From: Eledone cirrhosa | Taxonomy: Eukaryota | Reading direction: 5' to 3' | Length of the DNA stretch: 64,000 nucleotides | Assembly: GCA_964016885.1 (NCBI GenBank) | Contig: OZ024751.1 | Location: 50,530,001 to 50,594,000, forward strand | Part shown: piece after piece, positions 14,520 to 27,390 of the stretch | Numbering within the stretch: position 1 is the first letter of the stretch | Layout of the letters: each line of letters starts with the position of its first letter | Made by a program: the position numbers and the translations under genes | The notes under the pieces: model-generated | What the model was told of the DNA's origin: nothing | The model's input: only the letters and a program-made list of their open reading frames with translations | Database searches by the model: none

Positions 14520-14770
14520 TTTCAATGTGGTCTACCCTTCATGATAGGGTCCGTACCGTTGATGTAACTCAATGTAATCTGATAGTGAGTAATCCAGTGA
14601 AATCCGAAGAAGACGGTCTAATCGAACCTATATATGAAGTCTGATAGTATACAGTTATATAACTGCTATAGATCAGTCAATATGATCAACTCTCCGAAAC
14701 GATCGTAAAACTATGATATGAATAAGTAAAATAACTTGACTTTGTTATTATTTTCATTGTTAAATTAATA
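14520..14770 (+). mobile_element. Probable Penelope-like solo terminal repeat with hammerhead-like motif
   Basis: Flanked by (TA)n; ccgaagaag ... ccGAAACgatcGTA motif followed by AT-rich sequence. Confidence 0.45.
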
Positions 14771-14859
14771 TCTAATATATATATATATATATTGAGTTTT
14801 GCAAGAGATGTCAACATTAATGGACCTGTTATTTTTATCTAAAGACATTTTTTCCAATT

Positions 14860-15030
14860 CCAACCCGCCCGTCCCCTCAATCTATCTTATTTCTCATTCT
14901 TTCTTCTGGTGAAGGGCTAGCGTCCAAAAGGTTAAGACCCTCTTCCTGCTATATCAAGCGTTAACCTAATATATCCCTTCCATGTACTGTACCTATTGTG
15001 TTGTTATTTGTTTACCTTTTACATTCATAT
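14860..15030 (+). mobile_element. Penelope-like terminal repeat fragment with degenerate minimal hammerhead
   Basis: tctggtgaagggctagcgtccaaaaggttaaga resembles CTGATGAAGGG-loop-CCCGAAACGTT. Confidence 0.5.
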
Positions 15031-15032
15031 AT

Positions 15033-15485
15033 CTAAGGCGGGTAAAATTCCCGAGATCCATGGACGAGTTCTCTCCAGCGGTCTCTGTCCCTCATTATCG
15101 CTGCCATATCCTGCGTCTCAAACAGACCAGTGTCTGTCCTTAGGGCATCAACATACGTTAACCTTGGTCTTCCTCTTCTAGTGTGTCCATGTAGGGGCTC
15201 CCAAAGGAGCACTGAGTGCAATGTCAACTCTGGATGTCAGTGAGCATGTCCAGCTAACCTCAGTCTCCTCTGTCACTTTTGAGCTGACTTTTGGGATGCT
15301 CCCATACAGCTCTGAGTTTTTCATCCTCAGTGTATACTGATTAATGTTCAGAGCCATCCTCAGCATTCTCGTGTAGCACCCATCCACCATCTGAGTGAGT
15401 TTCTTGGTCAGTGTCCAAGTCTCAGACCCATACAGCAGCACAGACTCCACTACTGCAATGAAGAGGCGGATTTTCAGGTCTCTCT
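15033..15485 (-). mobile_element. 5'-truncated RTE-like LINE, 3' end of ORF
   Basis: LKIRLFIAVVESVLLYGSETWTLTKK...RRLRLAGH...RRGRPRLTYVD...DRDRWRELV*, with one frameshift. Confidence 0.85.
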
Positions 15486-15514
15486 CTATATATATAAGTA
15501 TATATATGTATAAG

Positions 15515-16720
15515 AGAGTATTGAAGTTTGCTTGAAGCATTGTGGAATAATAAGTAAATATCTTTAAGTCGTTTGGAAGCCTCGACAATGCAAATGGGTA
15601 AATCTCCGGGTAACAAGATCCTGTGGTGGAGAGAGAGATGTAAGTGGGTGTGCGTTGAGATGCGTGGTGTGTGTAAGATGTGTAGAAGAATGAAGGGAAG
15701 AGTATAAAGGATAAAATAAAAATAACAACACAAGAGAGAGTTACCTTGGGACAGATTTAATAGTCCCTATATATTTTGGATTCACATCCATCAACTGGGG
15801 TTTTTTTCCGGGGTGGGGGAAAAGGTTGTCTGTCGGACAGGTGCAAAACGCGTCCTCCACTGTTTGTTGTTTTGAATATCTGAGGTATTCGGCAGAGCGC
15901 GCGTGCGCGTGAAATGGGGTCGGTCGGGCAGAGGTCAGCGGCCGAATGAGGGAGTGGGGTGGCGCTAGCTGTCAGTCCATTCTCTGCCTGTTTGTTAAAT
16001 GTTACTGTGTGTGTGTGTGTGTGTGTGTGCGTGTGTTGTTGTCTTGCTTGAGTGTGTGTGTGCGTGTGTTGGTGCCTTGTTCCTCTGTATTGGCAGTGTA
16101 GTATGTTCGTATGGTGGAATGCTACTGTGTGTGTGTGCGTGTGTGTGTGTAGTTGTCTCGTTTGTGTGTGTTGTGTTGCTGCTGCATCGTTTGTTAACTT
16201 AAACCAGCCATCTCATTTCGCTTCTCTCTGATCGGTTGTTTATTTGCGGTTGTAGGCGTTTGATAAAAAGCGCTTCCTTGATAGAATGGACTGACAGCTA
16301 GCGCCACCCCACTCCCTCATTCGGCCGCTGACCTCTGCCCGACCGACCCCATTTCACGCGCACGCGCGCTCTGCCGAATACCTCAGATATTCAAAACAAC
16401 AAACAGCGAAGGACGCGTTCCACACTTGTCCGACAGACAACCTTTCCCCCACCCCGGAAAAACCCCCAGTTGATGGATGTGAATCCGAAATATATAGGGA
16501 CTATTAAATCTCTCCCAAGGTAACTCTCTCTTGTGTTCTTATTTTTATTTTATCCTTTATACTCTTCCCTTCATTCTTCAACACATCTTACACATCTTAT
16601 ACACACCAAGCATCTCAACGTACACCCACTTACATCTCTCTCTCCACCACCGGATCTTGTTACCCGGAGATTTACCCATTTGCATTGTCGAGGCTTCCAA
16701 ACGACTTAAAGATATTTACA
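15515..16720 (-). mobile_element. 5'-truncated Penelope-like retroelement with inverted terminal repeat
   Basis: Arms ~15552-15983 and ~16283-16719 are near-identical reverse complements; the loop encodes on - strand IKEALFIKRLQPQINNR..* (16281-16200), typical of a PLE GIY-YIG C-terminus; flanked by (TA)n. Confidence 0.8.
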
Positions 16721-17720
16721 TATATATATATAAAGTATATATAAACCTGTAGAGCAAATATTTATTATCAGTACAGATTAATAATAAGTAGAAATGAAAT
16801 ATCAATATAACATTTCGTATATGTATATATATATAAATAAAACCTTAGGTTTTATGGTTCAGTTATGGCCATCTTCCCAGATTTTGTATATTTGTGCAGA
16901 ATGCATAAAGGGGTGATCAGATTCATGACTTACTCATCAGGCGTTTGGATGGATTTGAAGGTACCATTAAAAGTATAACATGTTTACTATTCCTTTATGA
17001 AATATTCATTTATTTACGTGGTTTTGCAGCTCCAACACTGCTGCACCCTAGGCCCAGAGTCCATCACCCTCTCCCCTTCCACCTCCTTTTCTTTTATGGC
17101 CCTAGAGTCCATGCTTCTCTCCTCTATTTCCTCTCAATTATAACTTATAATATAAAAGTACCATAACCCTCTTTCATAATCTGATCCTAGTTTTACATAC
17201 TATATTGATGGCATAAAATAAAATTGAAATGTATATCTGTTTGTGTCTGTGTGTCCAGTATTGCAAGTATATTGTATAAACAATTTGTATTTAATTGTGG
17301 TGTGGTGGTATGTTCAGCATAGGAAATGTATGGTATTATGTAATGGTATGTAATATAGAGATATATATATTAAAGTGTTGGAGTTGATTGTACAGAGAAG
17401 GTGTGAGGTGTTTTGTTAGTGTGGAAAACAGAAATAGCTATGTAGAAATTATAGAAATCAATATAAAAGTGGTTGAAGATCTGTTGAATCCATTGCGAGT
17501 TTCCACTTAGAAAGGAGTTGGCCTTTGAGATGTTGACATCCTTTAAAAATCATTCATTTTTAGAGTTCAGGTAATTATTTGCAGTGGACAAACTTTCTAA
17601 TTTTGCTGACAATTATTTGATTCATTGTTGTTGTTATTGTTATTGCTGTTGTTGTAATTAAGCATTTTTATAAATTGTTTGATCATTTTTATTTTTCTTG
17701 CTTTAACTCTCTTTGTCTTT

Positions 17721-17721
<1 letters not shown>

Positions 17722-17760
<39 letters not shown>

Positions 17761-17990
17761 CTTTCTCTCTCTCTGTCTCTCCTTTCTCTCTCTCTGTCTC
17801 TCCTTTCTCTCTCTCTGTCTCTCCTTTCTCTCTCTCTGTCTCTCCTTTCTCTCTCTCTGTCTCTCCTTTCTCTCTCTCTCCATCTCTCTCTCTCTATGCA
17901 TCACTCTGTCTCTCCTTTTCTCTCACTCTCTCTCCTTTCTCCCTTTCTTTCTCTCTCTCTCTGTCCCTCCTTACTCTCTCTCTCTCTTGT
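17722..17990. repeat. (CT)n compound repeat with 21-bp periodicity
   Basis: ctctctgtctctcctttctct repeated. Confidence 0.9.
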
Positions 17991-18865
17991 TGATTTTTTC
18001 TGCTATTTATTTGTTATCCTTCTTTCAGCTGGCTGAATACTAATGTCAACTAGTTCTGCTTATGTGTCAGGAGAGCAGCGAAGTGTGTGCATGCGTGAGG
18101 GGCCTGGCACCACACACATCGACACCAACACCACATCCCCTTCTCTCCATTCCTCTCTTATTTTGTCCTTCATCTTTTTCTTCTCCTTCTTCTACGTCTC
18201 TCTCTTTCCCCGAACACCAACTCCACTACCACTGCCGCTTTCATTGCCATTGGTGGCGGTGGGTTCCCAGACCCCGCCACCACCACCACAACAACTACTA
18301 CTACTCTTCATACTTCTACTCAAACCAAAGATACACTCCACCACTTCATCTGCACCACCATCCTCATCATCACCACCCTCACCAACGTCATTGCTTCCAT
18401 TGCCATCGCTACAACTCCTACCATCCATGTGGTACAGGACGGAATCACTGTAAATATGACCAGATAATCTCCCCTGCCCCTGGGGTGCAGAAGTGACAGC
18501 TAGCTCCTCCTTTCTTCGCCCGCCCACTCACCTGGCCTTCTTCAATCAGACAGGAACAAAACTTAGTTAAATTGCCAGGTAGGCTCAATAAATTTGACCC
18601 TCTATTTTCGATGTTGTCATCTATGTCTTTCCTTCCCTTATTTCCCACCACCACCATTATAGTTGTTATTATTATTATTATTATTTCTTCAAGCACTACT
18701 ACCCCCTCCCCTGATGTTGTAATCCCCTCCATTTTCACATTGTCCACTCTAGCCAGTTTGCAGTCTATGTCCATCACTTTTTTTTTTTTTTTCATTTTAG
18801 TCACTAGGCATGCTACCATACCACCCCATACCATTCCAGACCATCTCATACTTCACCACAGCAAA

Positions 18866-19225
18866 CCAGAGCTGGCCAGGGTTAATTGGTTGGCTTCACC
18901 ATGCCACACCATACCACACCACACCAAACCATGCTACACCACACTACACTACACTACACCACACCAGAGCTACCAAGGGTTAACTGGCTGGCTTCACCAC
19001 ACCACACCACACTACACTACACCATACCAGCACTAACAAGGGTTAACTGGCTGGCTTCACTACACTACACTACACTACACTACACCACACCAGAGCTACC
19101 AAGGGTTAACTGGCTGGCTTCACTACACCACACCACACTACACTAACAAGGGTTAACTGGCTGGCTTCACCACACCACACTACACTACACTACACCAGAG
19201 CTACCAAGGGTTAACTGGCTGGCAT
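18866..19225. repeat. Tandem repeat: conserved ~30-bp core with variable (CACAC/CTACA)n linkers, 6 copies
   Basis: Core agagctaccaagggttaactggctggcttcac. Confidence 0.85.
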
Positions 19226-19805
19226 CAAGAGTATTGTTTGATCCATGGATAGAACCATTGATGTGAGAACAAACCAACTTAGCTCTGCTCCTTTCTCCAT
19301 GCTCAGCAATCTTCTACTGCCATGTATTTTCAGACTTTTGCATTATAAAACTCCTCACTTCTTATGTTTTGGATGTCAAACACACATTGTTGTTGTAGTT
19401 GTTATCATTGTTGTTGTTGTTATTGTTGATGATGTTCTTGTTGTCATTGTCGGTGTTGGCGTTCCATTTGTGGTAAAAGAAGAGAAATTTACAGCTTACA
19501 CTTAAGTAGGTTCAGTTGGCCTTGAACAAAGTTGTATCTCATAGGAGGTTTCTTTGGTATTCTAATGATAGGGGCCACAATCTTATCATGAAAAGCAACA
19601 TCAAATGAAGCATCTTGTTCAAGAACACAACATGCACCCAGCCCAGTAAATGAACCCGTGGTTTTATGATTATAAGTCTAACACATTAATCACTAGGTCA
19701 CATGCCTTCATAATTTTTAACTATTGTTAATAGTTAGTGCTTACAGAGAAAAACAAGAAAGCCTCTAATTTAACTCTCTGTCTGCCTGTCTGTGTGTGCA
19801 TGTGA

Positions 19806-19966
19806 CAGAGGCTTCCCTTCTCAGCTCGAGCCAGCAGGGCATGAGCAAGGGGACGGTAAAAGGCCTGACGGCATGGTAATCTTCCTGTTCCATAGGGGGT
19901 AGGCCTCCTCATCTGGGATGCCACCTCTTTTGATACCACCCTTGAGGCTCCTCATCTGGGATGCCA
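19806..19966 (+). mobile_element. Fragment of restriction-like endonuclease of a CRE-like non-LTR retrotransposon
   Basis: Translates GFPSQLEPAG..GDGKRPDGM.IF, then after a frameshift GRLLIWDATSFDT; matches the EP..DGKRPDG..L.WD.T RLE motif. Confidence 0.65.
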
Positions 19967-20337
19967 ATATGTGTGACCAGGAGTGGAGGTGTGCCATGAT
20001 ATATGGCCAGGAGTGTTAAGTATGTTTCTGTGTGCAAGTGTACTTTTATAGCTGTTTTACTGTTTAATGTAATGCCAACCAGACATTGGTCAAGGCAGCA
20101 ATAGGAATCACATATTAGTGTATCATAATTAATACATATTGATCAACCTCTTATCTTTTCTGATGATTTATAATGGTACATCTGCAAAATCTCATCTCGG
20201 AAGTTAGATTGTCATAGCTGAGCTGGGCAGCATTTTGTTTGGTTGCTAACCAATACCCACATTAAATGAAGCTTATAAATTTTACAAGCACACAGCTTCT
20301 CTGTTACATAACATACCATACTTATTGATGTATATGA

Positions 20338-20378
<41 letters not shown>

Positions 20379-21263
20379 CAGGGTGGGACGATATTTGTTC
20401 GCAAGATTTCTGTCTAGGAAAAAATAACACAGTAGTTTTATTTTTTAAGATATATTTATCAAACTTGGGTCAGTTTGTCTTCATGACTTGTTCTTTCGAT
20501 CTCACTCGATAAACTCGCCATTGGCTTTTATGACGGCCTCAAGGCGGCCTCGGAACCGGCTACAGGCCTTCATCACTATCCCCCGACTTAGGCCCCTAAA
20601 GGCACTTGTGATCCTGGCCTTCAGATTGTCTTTTGTATTGCAGCTAGATCTGTTGGTGTCTCGTTCCACTGCGCCCCACACAAAGAAATCGAGGGGGTTG
20701 CAGTCAGGCGAGCTGGGAGGCCAGATGTCAGGTGAAGTGTGGTCGACGAAGTTCTCTGATAGCCAGGCTTGGGTCTTTCGGCTGGTATGGCAGGCCGCTG
20801 AGTCTTGCTGCCACACGTACGGTCTACCTGCAGCTACCTGGTCGATCCAGGGCTTTACTACCTCGCTCAGAACGTGGATGTAGCCATCGGTGTTCAGCTT
20901 GAAGCCCTCAGGGAAGAAGTGAGGTGGCATAACGTCACCTTGACTGCTGACGACACCTAAGACCAATGTTGTTGCTGGAAACTTTGCTGCATAACTCTGG
21001 GCACGTCTTAGGATGAGACACCATTCTCTTGCTGACGCTGAGAAAGTCTGAAATTTCCTCATTTGTCCTCCCGGCGCGGATTCCAAGAAGAACTACGTGT
21101 CTTCCACAAATTTGGAGGTTCAAAATTATTCATAATCAATTATTTTGAAAATAAATAATGGAAATATAGTCACTGTTTTTATGAAGACAAGAATGACAAC
21201 GGAAGTAAAAAAAATTGGCATAAAATTAGCAGTTGAAAATTGCGAACAAATATCGTCCTCACC

Positions 21264-21266
<3 letters not shown>
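20379..21266 (-). mobile_element. Internally deleted Tc1/mariner element, DD37D (maT) family
   Basis: TA|cagggtgggacgatatttgttcgcaa ... ttgcgaacaaatatcgtcctcaccctg|TA; transposase C-half VWQQDSA..WPPSSPDCNPLD with 37 residues between the last two Asp; 888 bp, middle of ORF missing. Confidence 0.92.
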
Positions 21267-21314
<48 letters not shown>

Positions 21315-22679
21315 TGTATGGTCCCGTAACTCCTGAGTGAGTTGTAATGTCACTGTATTGACATACAGCATTTCTAGGGCACTTTAAAACTGGCAAAGCT
21401 CAATCCACATCTGATTACAGCAGATTTCTTCTAAAGAAGGATTGAGAGAGTGAAAGAATGGAAGTGAGAAAACGATATAGAGGAAGAATCAGTATTAAAT
21501 TCCTGGGTGGATCTCGTTTCTGTGCAGTATTCTACCTATAATAGTTGTTATTAAAAGTGTTATATGCAGAGAATTGCCTAATATCAGCAGATACACACAC
21601 ATATATATATATAATATGGAACAAAGAATCAGTGTTGCATCATATACATATTTAATTACATGTTACACATGTTTCATTGCCAATCAGCTCGAGGAATGAT
21701 CGAATAAATGTTCGTTCCTGACTCTGGAATTAGAAGCTCCTCAGATATGTGTTCTCACATGTAGGCTCAAGTCCAAATGTTGTTGGATTGTTAAACACCG
21801 ACTCATCAATCGCACACACCTTGCATGCTTTTCCCCAAGCATGTCTACCATCACCAACACCACAACCTCCAACATCACCAACACCACAACCACCATCACC
21901 ACCAACATCACCCACATCAACACCACAACCTCCAACATCACCAACACCACAACCACCATCACCACCTACATCTCCAACGTCACCACAACCACAATCACCA
22001 TCACCACCAACACCACAACTAACACCAAGTATGTAATTTACTCCTCCCACTCTTTTCTTCTCCTCACTTGCTCTCACTGCCATGTCTCTATCTCTCTGCC
22101 TTTCCTCCTCATTTCCACCTCCCTCACTTCTCTTTATTTCTCCGCCTTCATATTTCCCTCTCTCTCCTCTCCCTCTACTTCTTCTGTGTCTCTCCACTCC
22201 CCTTCATCTTCACCTACATCTTCTCTCCCTCCTCACACTACAACTGGAATGTCCCTTCAATGTTGTCTAATAGTCAGCATGATCTTTAGTCAATGTTCAT
22301 ATGAATGTTTGATTATCTGCCCTTTGTTTTTAGGCTTTGTTTTTGCATCCCCCCCACCCTATTTTTAATAGTGTTTAAATACAAAAAAACTTTAACCAGG
22401 TTTCAGAATTTTTTCTGTATTTTCATGCTTAAAATAAAATATAATATTGTAAAGCATTACCCACGAGCTCATAAAAACAAACTGTTGATTGAAGGACCTT
22501 TACTGCAGACTTGTTATTGAACTGGTCAGCAGTGAAGGCACTTCCAGTGAGGTAGGTAATAAGACCTGGACTTTAGGAGTAGATTGTTCCTTTTTATATT
22601 TGTAAATGTTATGCAGTAAACAACAGTTCAACATATCACCATATGTTGTTATTTTGTGTATAGCTTAACTAAAGCTATA

Positions 22680-23135
22680 AAGGTGACCCCGAAAAGAAAA
22701 GAACAAACAAAACACAATAATCATAGCAAGCAAAATGCCGTGACACTTAAGCTCCCACAGTTCTGGTCAAAGCGATCTGAGGTATGGTCCACACAAGCTG
22801 AGGCACAGTTCACCATCAAGAATATTGCTTCAGATCTGACAAAGTATTCATATGTTACAACAGCCCTGGACAAAAACACAGCAACAAGTATGATAGACAT
22901 CCTAATCAGACCACCAGCTACTCACAAATATAAAACTATAAAAGATAAATTCATAGAAACATTTTGGCTTAGTTATTGGGAAGCAGCGATCAGAATATTG
23001 GATACCGATGCCACATGGCACCTGATGTTACGCAGATTTGTCTGGCACCATATAGCCAAGCAAATTGCTGAGTGGATCAAAACCTGTGTCCTTGCCAACA
23101 AACAAAAATCCATCAGCATACCAAAGAACCTCTGA
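22680..23135 (+). mobile_element. Gypsy-type LTR retrotransposon remnant (gag N-terminus fused to an integrase Zn-finger piece)
   Basis: PBS-like ggtgacccc; LKLPQFW...WSTQAEAQF gag motif, then RFVWHHIAKQIAEWIKTC. Confidence 0.75.
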
Positions 23136-24904
23136 GCAGCTATGAAGACCCATAGGCCCAGATGTGGCTGAAAGTAAACCCTTAGTAGATACTTCTTACA
23201 ATACATACACTAGTGGGGTCAGCAATTCCAATCAGTATTATGCATACTACCCAGTTGGACATCCTGGAAAGAAATGGTGGAGATACATTTTGTGGCTTTT
23301 AGTGTATTTACTAAAAGCCACAAGGATCTGTCACCACCACAAATACTACTGCCACATGAAATTTCATGTGGACATTGCATCACAGCTACATGGAGGGTAC
23401 ACTTCCTGCAATCACAGAGCTGGGAGATAATCAAAACTAACTGAAGTAGATGCTAACAGAGAAAATATTGATTTTTCAGAAGATAGGAAAAATGAATGGG
23501 AGAAGAAAGTTAACAGAATGTGCTCTTTGCAAAAGAGAAAAACTGCTAAAGGTTACCAAATAGAAACATCTTTCATGTCTTCCTGCCATTATGTAAAGGG
23601 TGCTTTGGCCAATTTCATGACAGAAATATTGCCTGACAATATTAATTATGCTGCTTAAAAAATGATTATTTAAACCAGAAATATGTATTGATTTTTCTGT
23701 ATTCACCTGTGTCACACACCTGTTAATGAGTTTTTTTAATTTGGCACATTGTTATGTAAATCTACTCAGTACATTGAGTAAGAGTTCATTACCAGTAGTA
23801 TATTGACTGGTAAAAGGGTTTTATACTTTCTTTTCAATGAAAATATTTGCATGAAATGTAGAGAAAGTCTAAAACCTTGTACTGATTATACCTGCACTTT
23901 TAATTAACTCAAGTGGTAAAATTATTGAAAGTCAACATTTTAGTCATTGTTGGATAATTTTTGTAACATAACTAACAGGTAAGACTCATAAAGTTTAATG
24001 TTTTGTGTGTATTCATAAAGTTGTTGCTTTTACACCTCTTGATTAATCTCACCTGTCCATAAAAGTCAAATTTAACAAAAAAAAAAAAAATTAGGTAAAA
24101 ATACATAAATGTAAATCATTGATATTTAAGCACCTACTGACAAAATTTCAAGTCTGTACATAGAAAATTAACAAAGTTAGAAACAAATATAACTGAAAAC
24201 TCTCTTGAGTATGTTTAACTCAAAATAGTGTAAACAAACAAACATGACACTTGACAGAGTAATATAAATGCTAAAGGGTTACATAACCCACACCAAGATA
24301 CATATAATTGCATACATACATCTACATATACTAAGATTCACAAACATTCTTAATATAATAACAACAAGCTTAACAAAATAAACACACAATTAGTGAAAGA
24401 CTAGCCAGGTTCTGTCTTCAAGTGAGGAAACAGATAATACAATTTCCTTGATTGGTTCTTGCTTGATAAACAGGATCTATGATGTCTCCAGTTCTGTATA
24501 TACTATAGTGCAAAGTGAAGGAGGAGGCGTGGCTTGTTTCAATGGAATGGCAACCTCCACCTGCCCGGTCATTGTCACATGGTGTGTTATGAGTGTGGTG
24601 GGGGGGGGGGGGGTGTAAAATGGTATTCAGAGTGCTCTACACAATAAAATTTTACATTTACAAACTTGAAAATACATGTTTGCATATTACGATCTACACA
24701 TTAGCACATAGTAGGATTACATTTGTTAATGTGGGTTATCTTTAGTAAGCTACATACTATGAGTGTTTGGCTAATTGGTTGGTAGTTTTACATAGCTGCA
24801 CAACTCTGAATTGGCTCTTAATAGCGAGAAAATGGTCAATAATCTCTCACGTATCAGGTTGACATGGCATGATTTGGGAAAGAAGCAGAATTCAAATAAT
24901 AATA

Positions 24905-25740
24905 ATAATAATTTTAGATGCTTTAGGATTAATAGCAAAAGGAGCTGATTATTACTTATCTCAAATCCCAGGAAATCCCCAAATGGAAGAAATTCAGAAA
25001 ATAGTACTCATGGGGACTGTTTATATCCTACAAAAAATTACTGTCTATCAGAGGTCGCCAACTTTTCAGACCTCATGGGCCACTAAATCCATAATTTTAA
25101 ATACTGCTGACCACTGATATGAATTTTTTTAAACAGATAAATATATTTATAAAATAATGATCAGAGAATTTCCATTTTATTAAACAATACTGAAGCGTAC
25201 GTGTGTCATATTGTCGATAGAAGATACATATGTGTAAAATTCTTTCAGGAGAAACATTTCTTAGGGGAGGTATAAAATATATTTTAACCAAATATTATTT
25301 TTGTTTTATTATTAATAAAAACATAAAAATTGCAAATAATGTCCAAAATTTTCTCGCAGGCCACCGGTTGGAAATCTTTTTTCACATATTATCAAAAAGT
25401 AGTTTTAAATATACATAAAAGCAAATACTCTTTGTCATTATTTTATTGTCATACTATCATTTTAGCACCAAATATCTATTTTTAAACAAACTTATATTTT
25501 TCTTGTTTTGACAGACATTTTCTAGAACAATACTTCTTACGAACCCAAGGTAGACAATAAAACATAAATGCTTAGCACTAAACTACATTCTTCTCCTAAA
25601 ACCTGGCAGTTATTAACCATCGTAGTCATAATGCCCACATGAACTTATAACTTGCCATCTAGTGAGGTCTCGATGTGAGACTTGGTGTCAGCTCGTACAA
25701 ACACAAAGCAAAATTTAAACATCAAAATAATAAGAAGAAG
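24905..25740 (+). mobile_element. 3' end of an RLE-type (R4/Dong-like) LINE, interrupted by a MITE
   Basis: ILDALGLIAKG...IQKIVLMGTVYILQK resembles the RLE C-terminal motif; ends in aataataagaagaag. Confidence 0.55.
25049..25379. mobile_element. hAT-like MITE
   Basis: Ends cagaggtcgccaac ... gttggaaatcttt, with subterminal gggccac/aggccac motifs. Confidence 0.5.
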
Positions 25741-25959
25741 AAGAATGATTTCTTAGTGTAAGCAGAAGGCTAGCTATTTATTGAGATGAAAGCTGATAAA
25801 TTTGATCCTAGTACTTTGCTGGTACTTTATTTTATTGACCTCACAAGGATGAAAGCAAGATGTTGCAGAGAATAGAGGATGAAAGACAAAACATAGATAG
25901 GATTACACTGAGTAAAGGGAAGAACATATCAACCACAAAACATCCCAAACAATAATAAT

Positions 25960-26150
25960 GGTTTCTAATTTTGGCACAAGGCCAGCAATTATCCCAGTGC
26001 ATTACTGGTACTTTATTTTATCAACTCTGGAAAGATGAAAGTTGACCTCAGTGAGATTTGAAATCAAGCTGTAAAGATCCAGAATAAATACTGATAACCC
26101 AACATAGAAAGTCATTACTAAATGCTACACAGACACTTTACCAATGTTGC
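25960..26150 (-). mobile_element. tRNA-derived SINE family B, degenerate
   Basis: Homologous to 45605-45781 and 56863-57042. Confidence 0.7.
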
Positions 26151-27209
26151 CAGTGGTTTCTGTTATTGGCCACAAGGGCAAAAGATGTCAAGAGACAACA
26201 GCGTAGATAAAACAACACAAACTAGGGTTTATATTTAGTAATGGGAGATGTAAATCAAGAAAACACTGATTTTCCACGACTCTTGGTTCCAAACTATATC
26301 TGTTGTGTGTTCACTCTCTGTAGTTCCAGACAAGATATGTTTTTGAAGTAGGGGGAGCTATTTCTCCCTTGCTCCCTCTTCCCACATCCTAAATATATAT
26401 ATATATAGGATTACTACCTCTTCTGCACACCACCACCACTAGGTACACTCTATCTTACCTACTTACCCTATACCCAACCCACCACCCTATAATGTCACAA
26501 TGTTATCATTGGGAGTACTTAAATAGCTTCACAACTTGTGGTGGTGGTAGTTGTAGTGATGGTGTTATTGATGGTTAAGGTTGCAGTAGTAGTAGTGATG
26601 GCCGGTTGTACATTATTGTTATATAAACATAAGACTTGAGAATAACAAACTTAATATTTCCTGAATTAGACTGTTTTTTTTGTTGTTGTTGTTGTTGTGT
26701 TGTTTTATAGCCAGTTATTTGGCACCATGACCATTGAGTAAGTCTATGCAAGCATTCAATCTGCAAGAAATAGTAGTCAAATATCACTCAAATCACACTT
26801 TAATGTTATAACCCTCTGCAATGTTATTTCATATCCTGCTGAGGTCAACTTTATCCTTTTGGCAATGGGTAGGTGTTGATAAAATATAGTGCCAGTCCAG
26901 GGTGGTTGATTAGTGAAATGGTCTGTTTCTCGCTGGCTTGAGTTTGACTAACGTCATATGCTTTGTATTGCTATGTTAACCTACCTGCAGAGTGACACAC
27001 TTTGGTACAGATGCCACATGTAAAATTAAGGTGTATAGGGTACTCAAAGGTGTTATTTCCATGAGTATGACATCAGCTGTGACATAGTAGCCTAATCTTT
27101 GACATGCATACGCTTCCACACCCCTCACAGGTAAGAGTCTCTTTTGAACCCCTGTTCTGGGAGTGGATTAACGTCCCCCATATATTTAGCTGCTCATATA
27201 TTTATGCAC

Positions 27210-27390
27210 TTCAGCATAAGTCTTCATCTTTTTTTCACCTTCCTTAACACTAGTAGCAATCTGATTTCACCACTGAGCTCTGTCTGTTGCAAGATTTTCC
27301 CATGTTTTGGTGTTGATGTTGGCCTTCTTCAGGGTATCTTTCAGACAGTCTTTAAAGCACTTGTGTGGCTTGTAGTCCAGACAAGTCCAG
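27210..27390 (-). mobile_element. RTE (BovB-like) LINE 3' fragment
   Basis: KPHKCFKDCLKDTLKKANINTKTWENLATDRAQW. Confidence 0.65.

Noticed and set aside
18866-19225. Repeat-spacer (CRISPR-like) pattern
   Set aside because: The 'spacers' are variable-length CACAC/CTACA microsatellite, not unique sequence.
24515-24600. Possible promoter-like GC-richer patch
   Set aside because: No supporting motif combination or transcript evidence.
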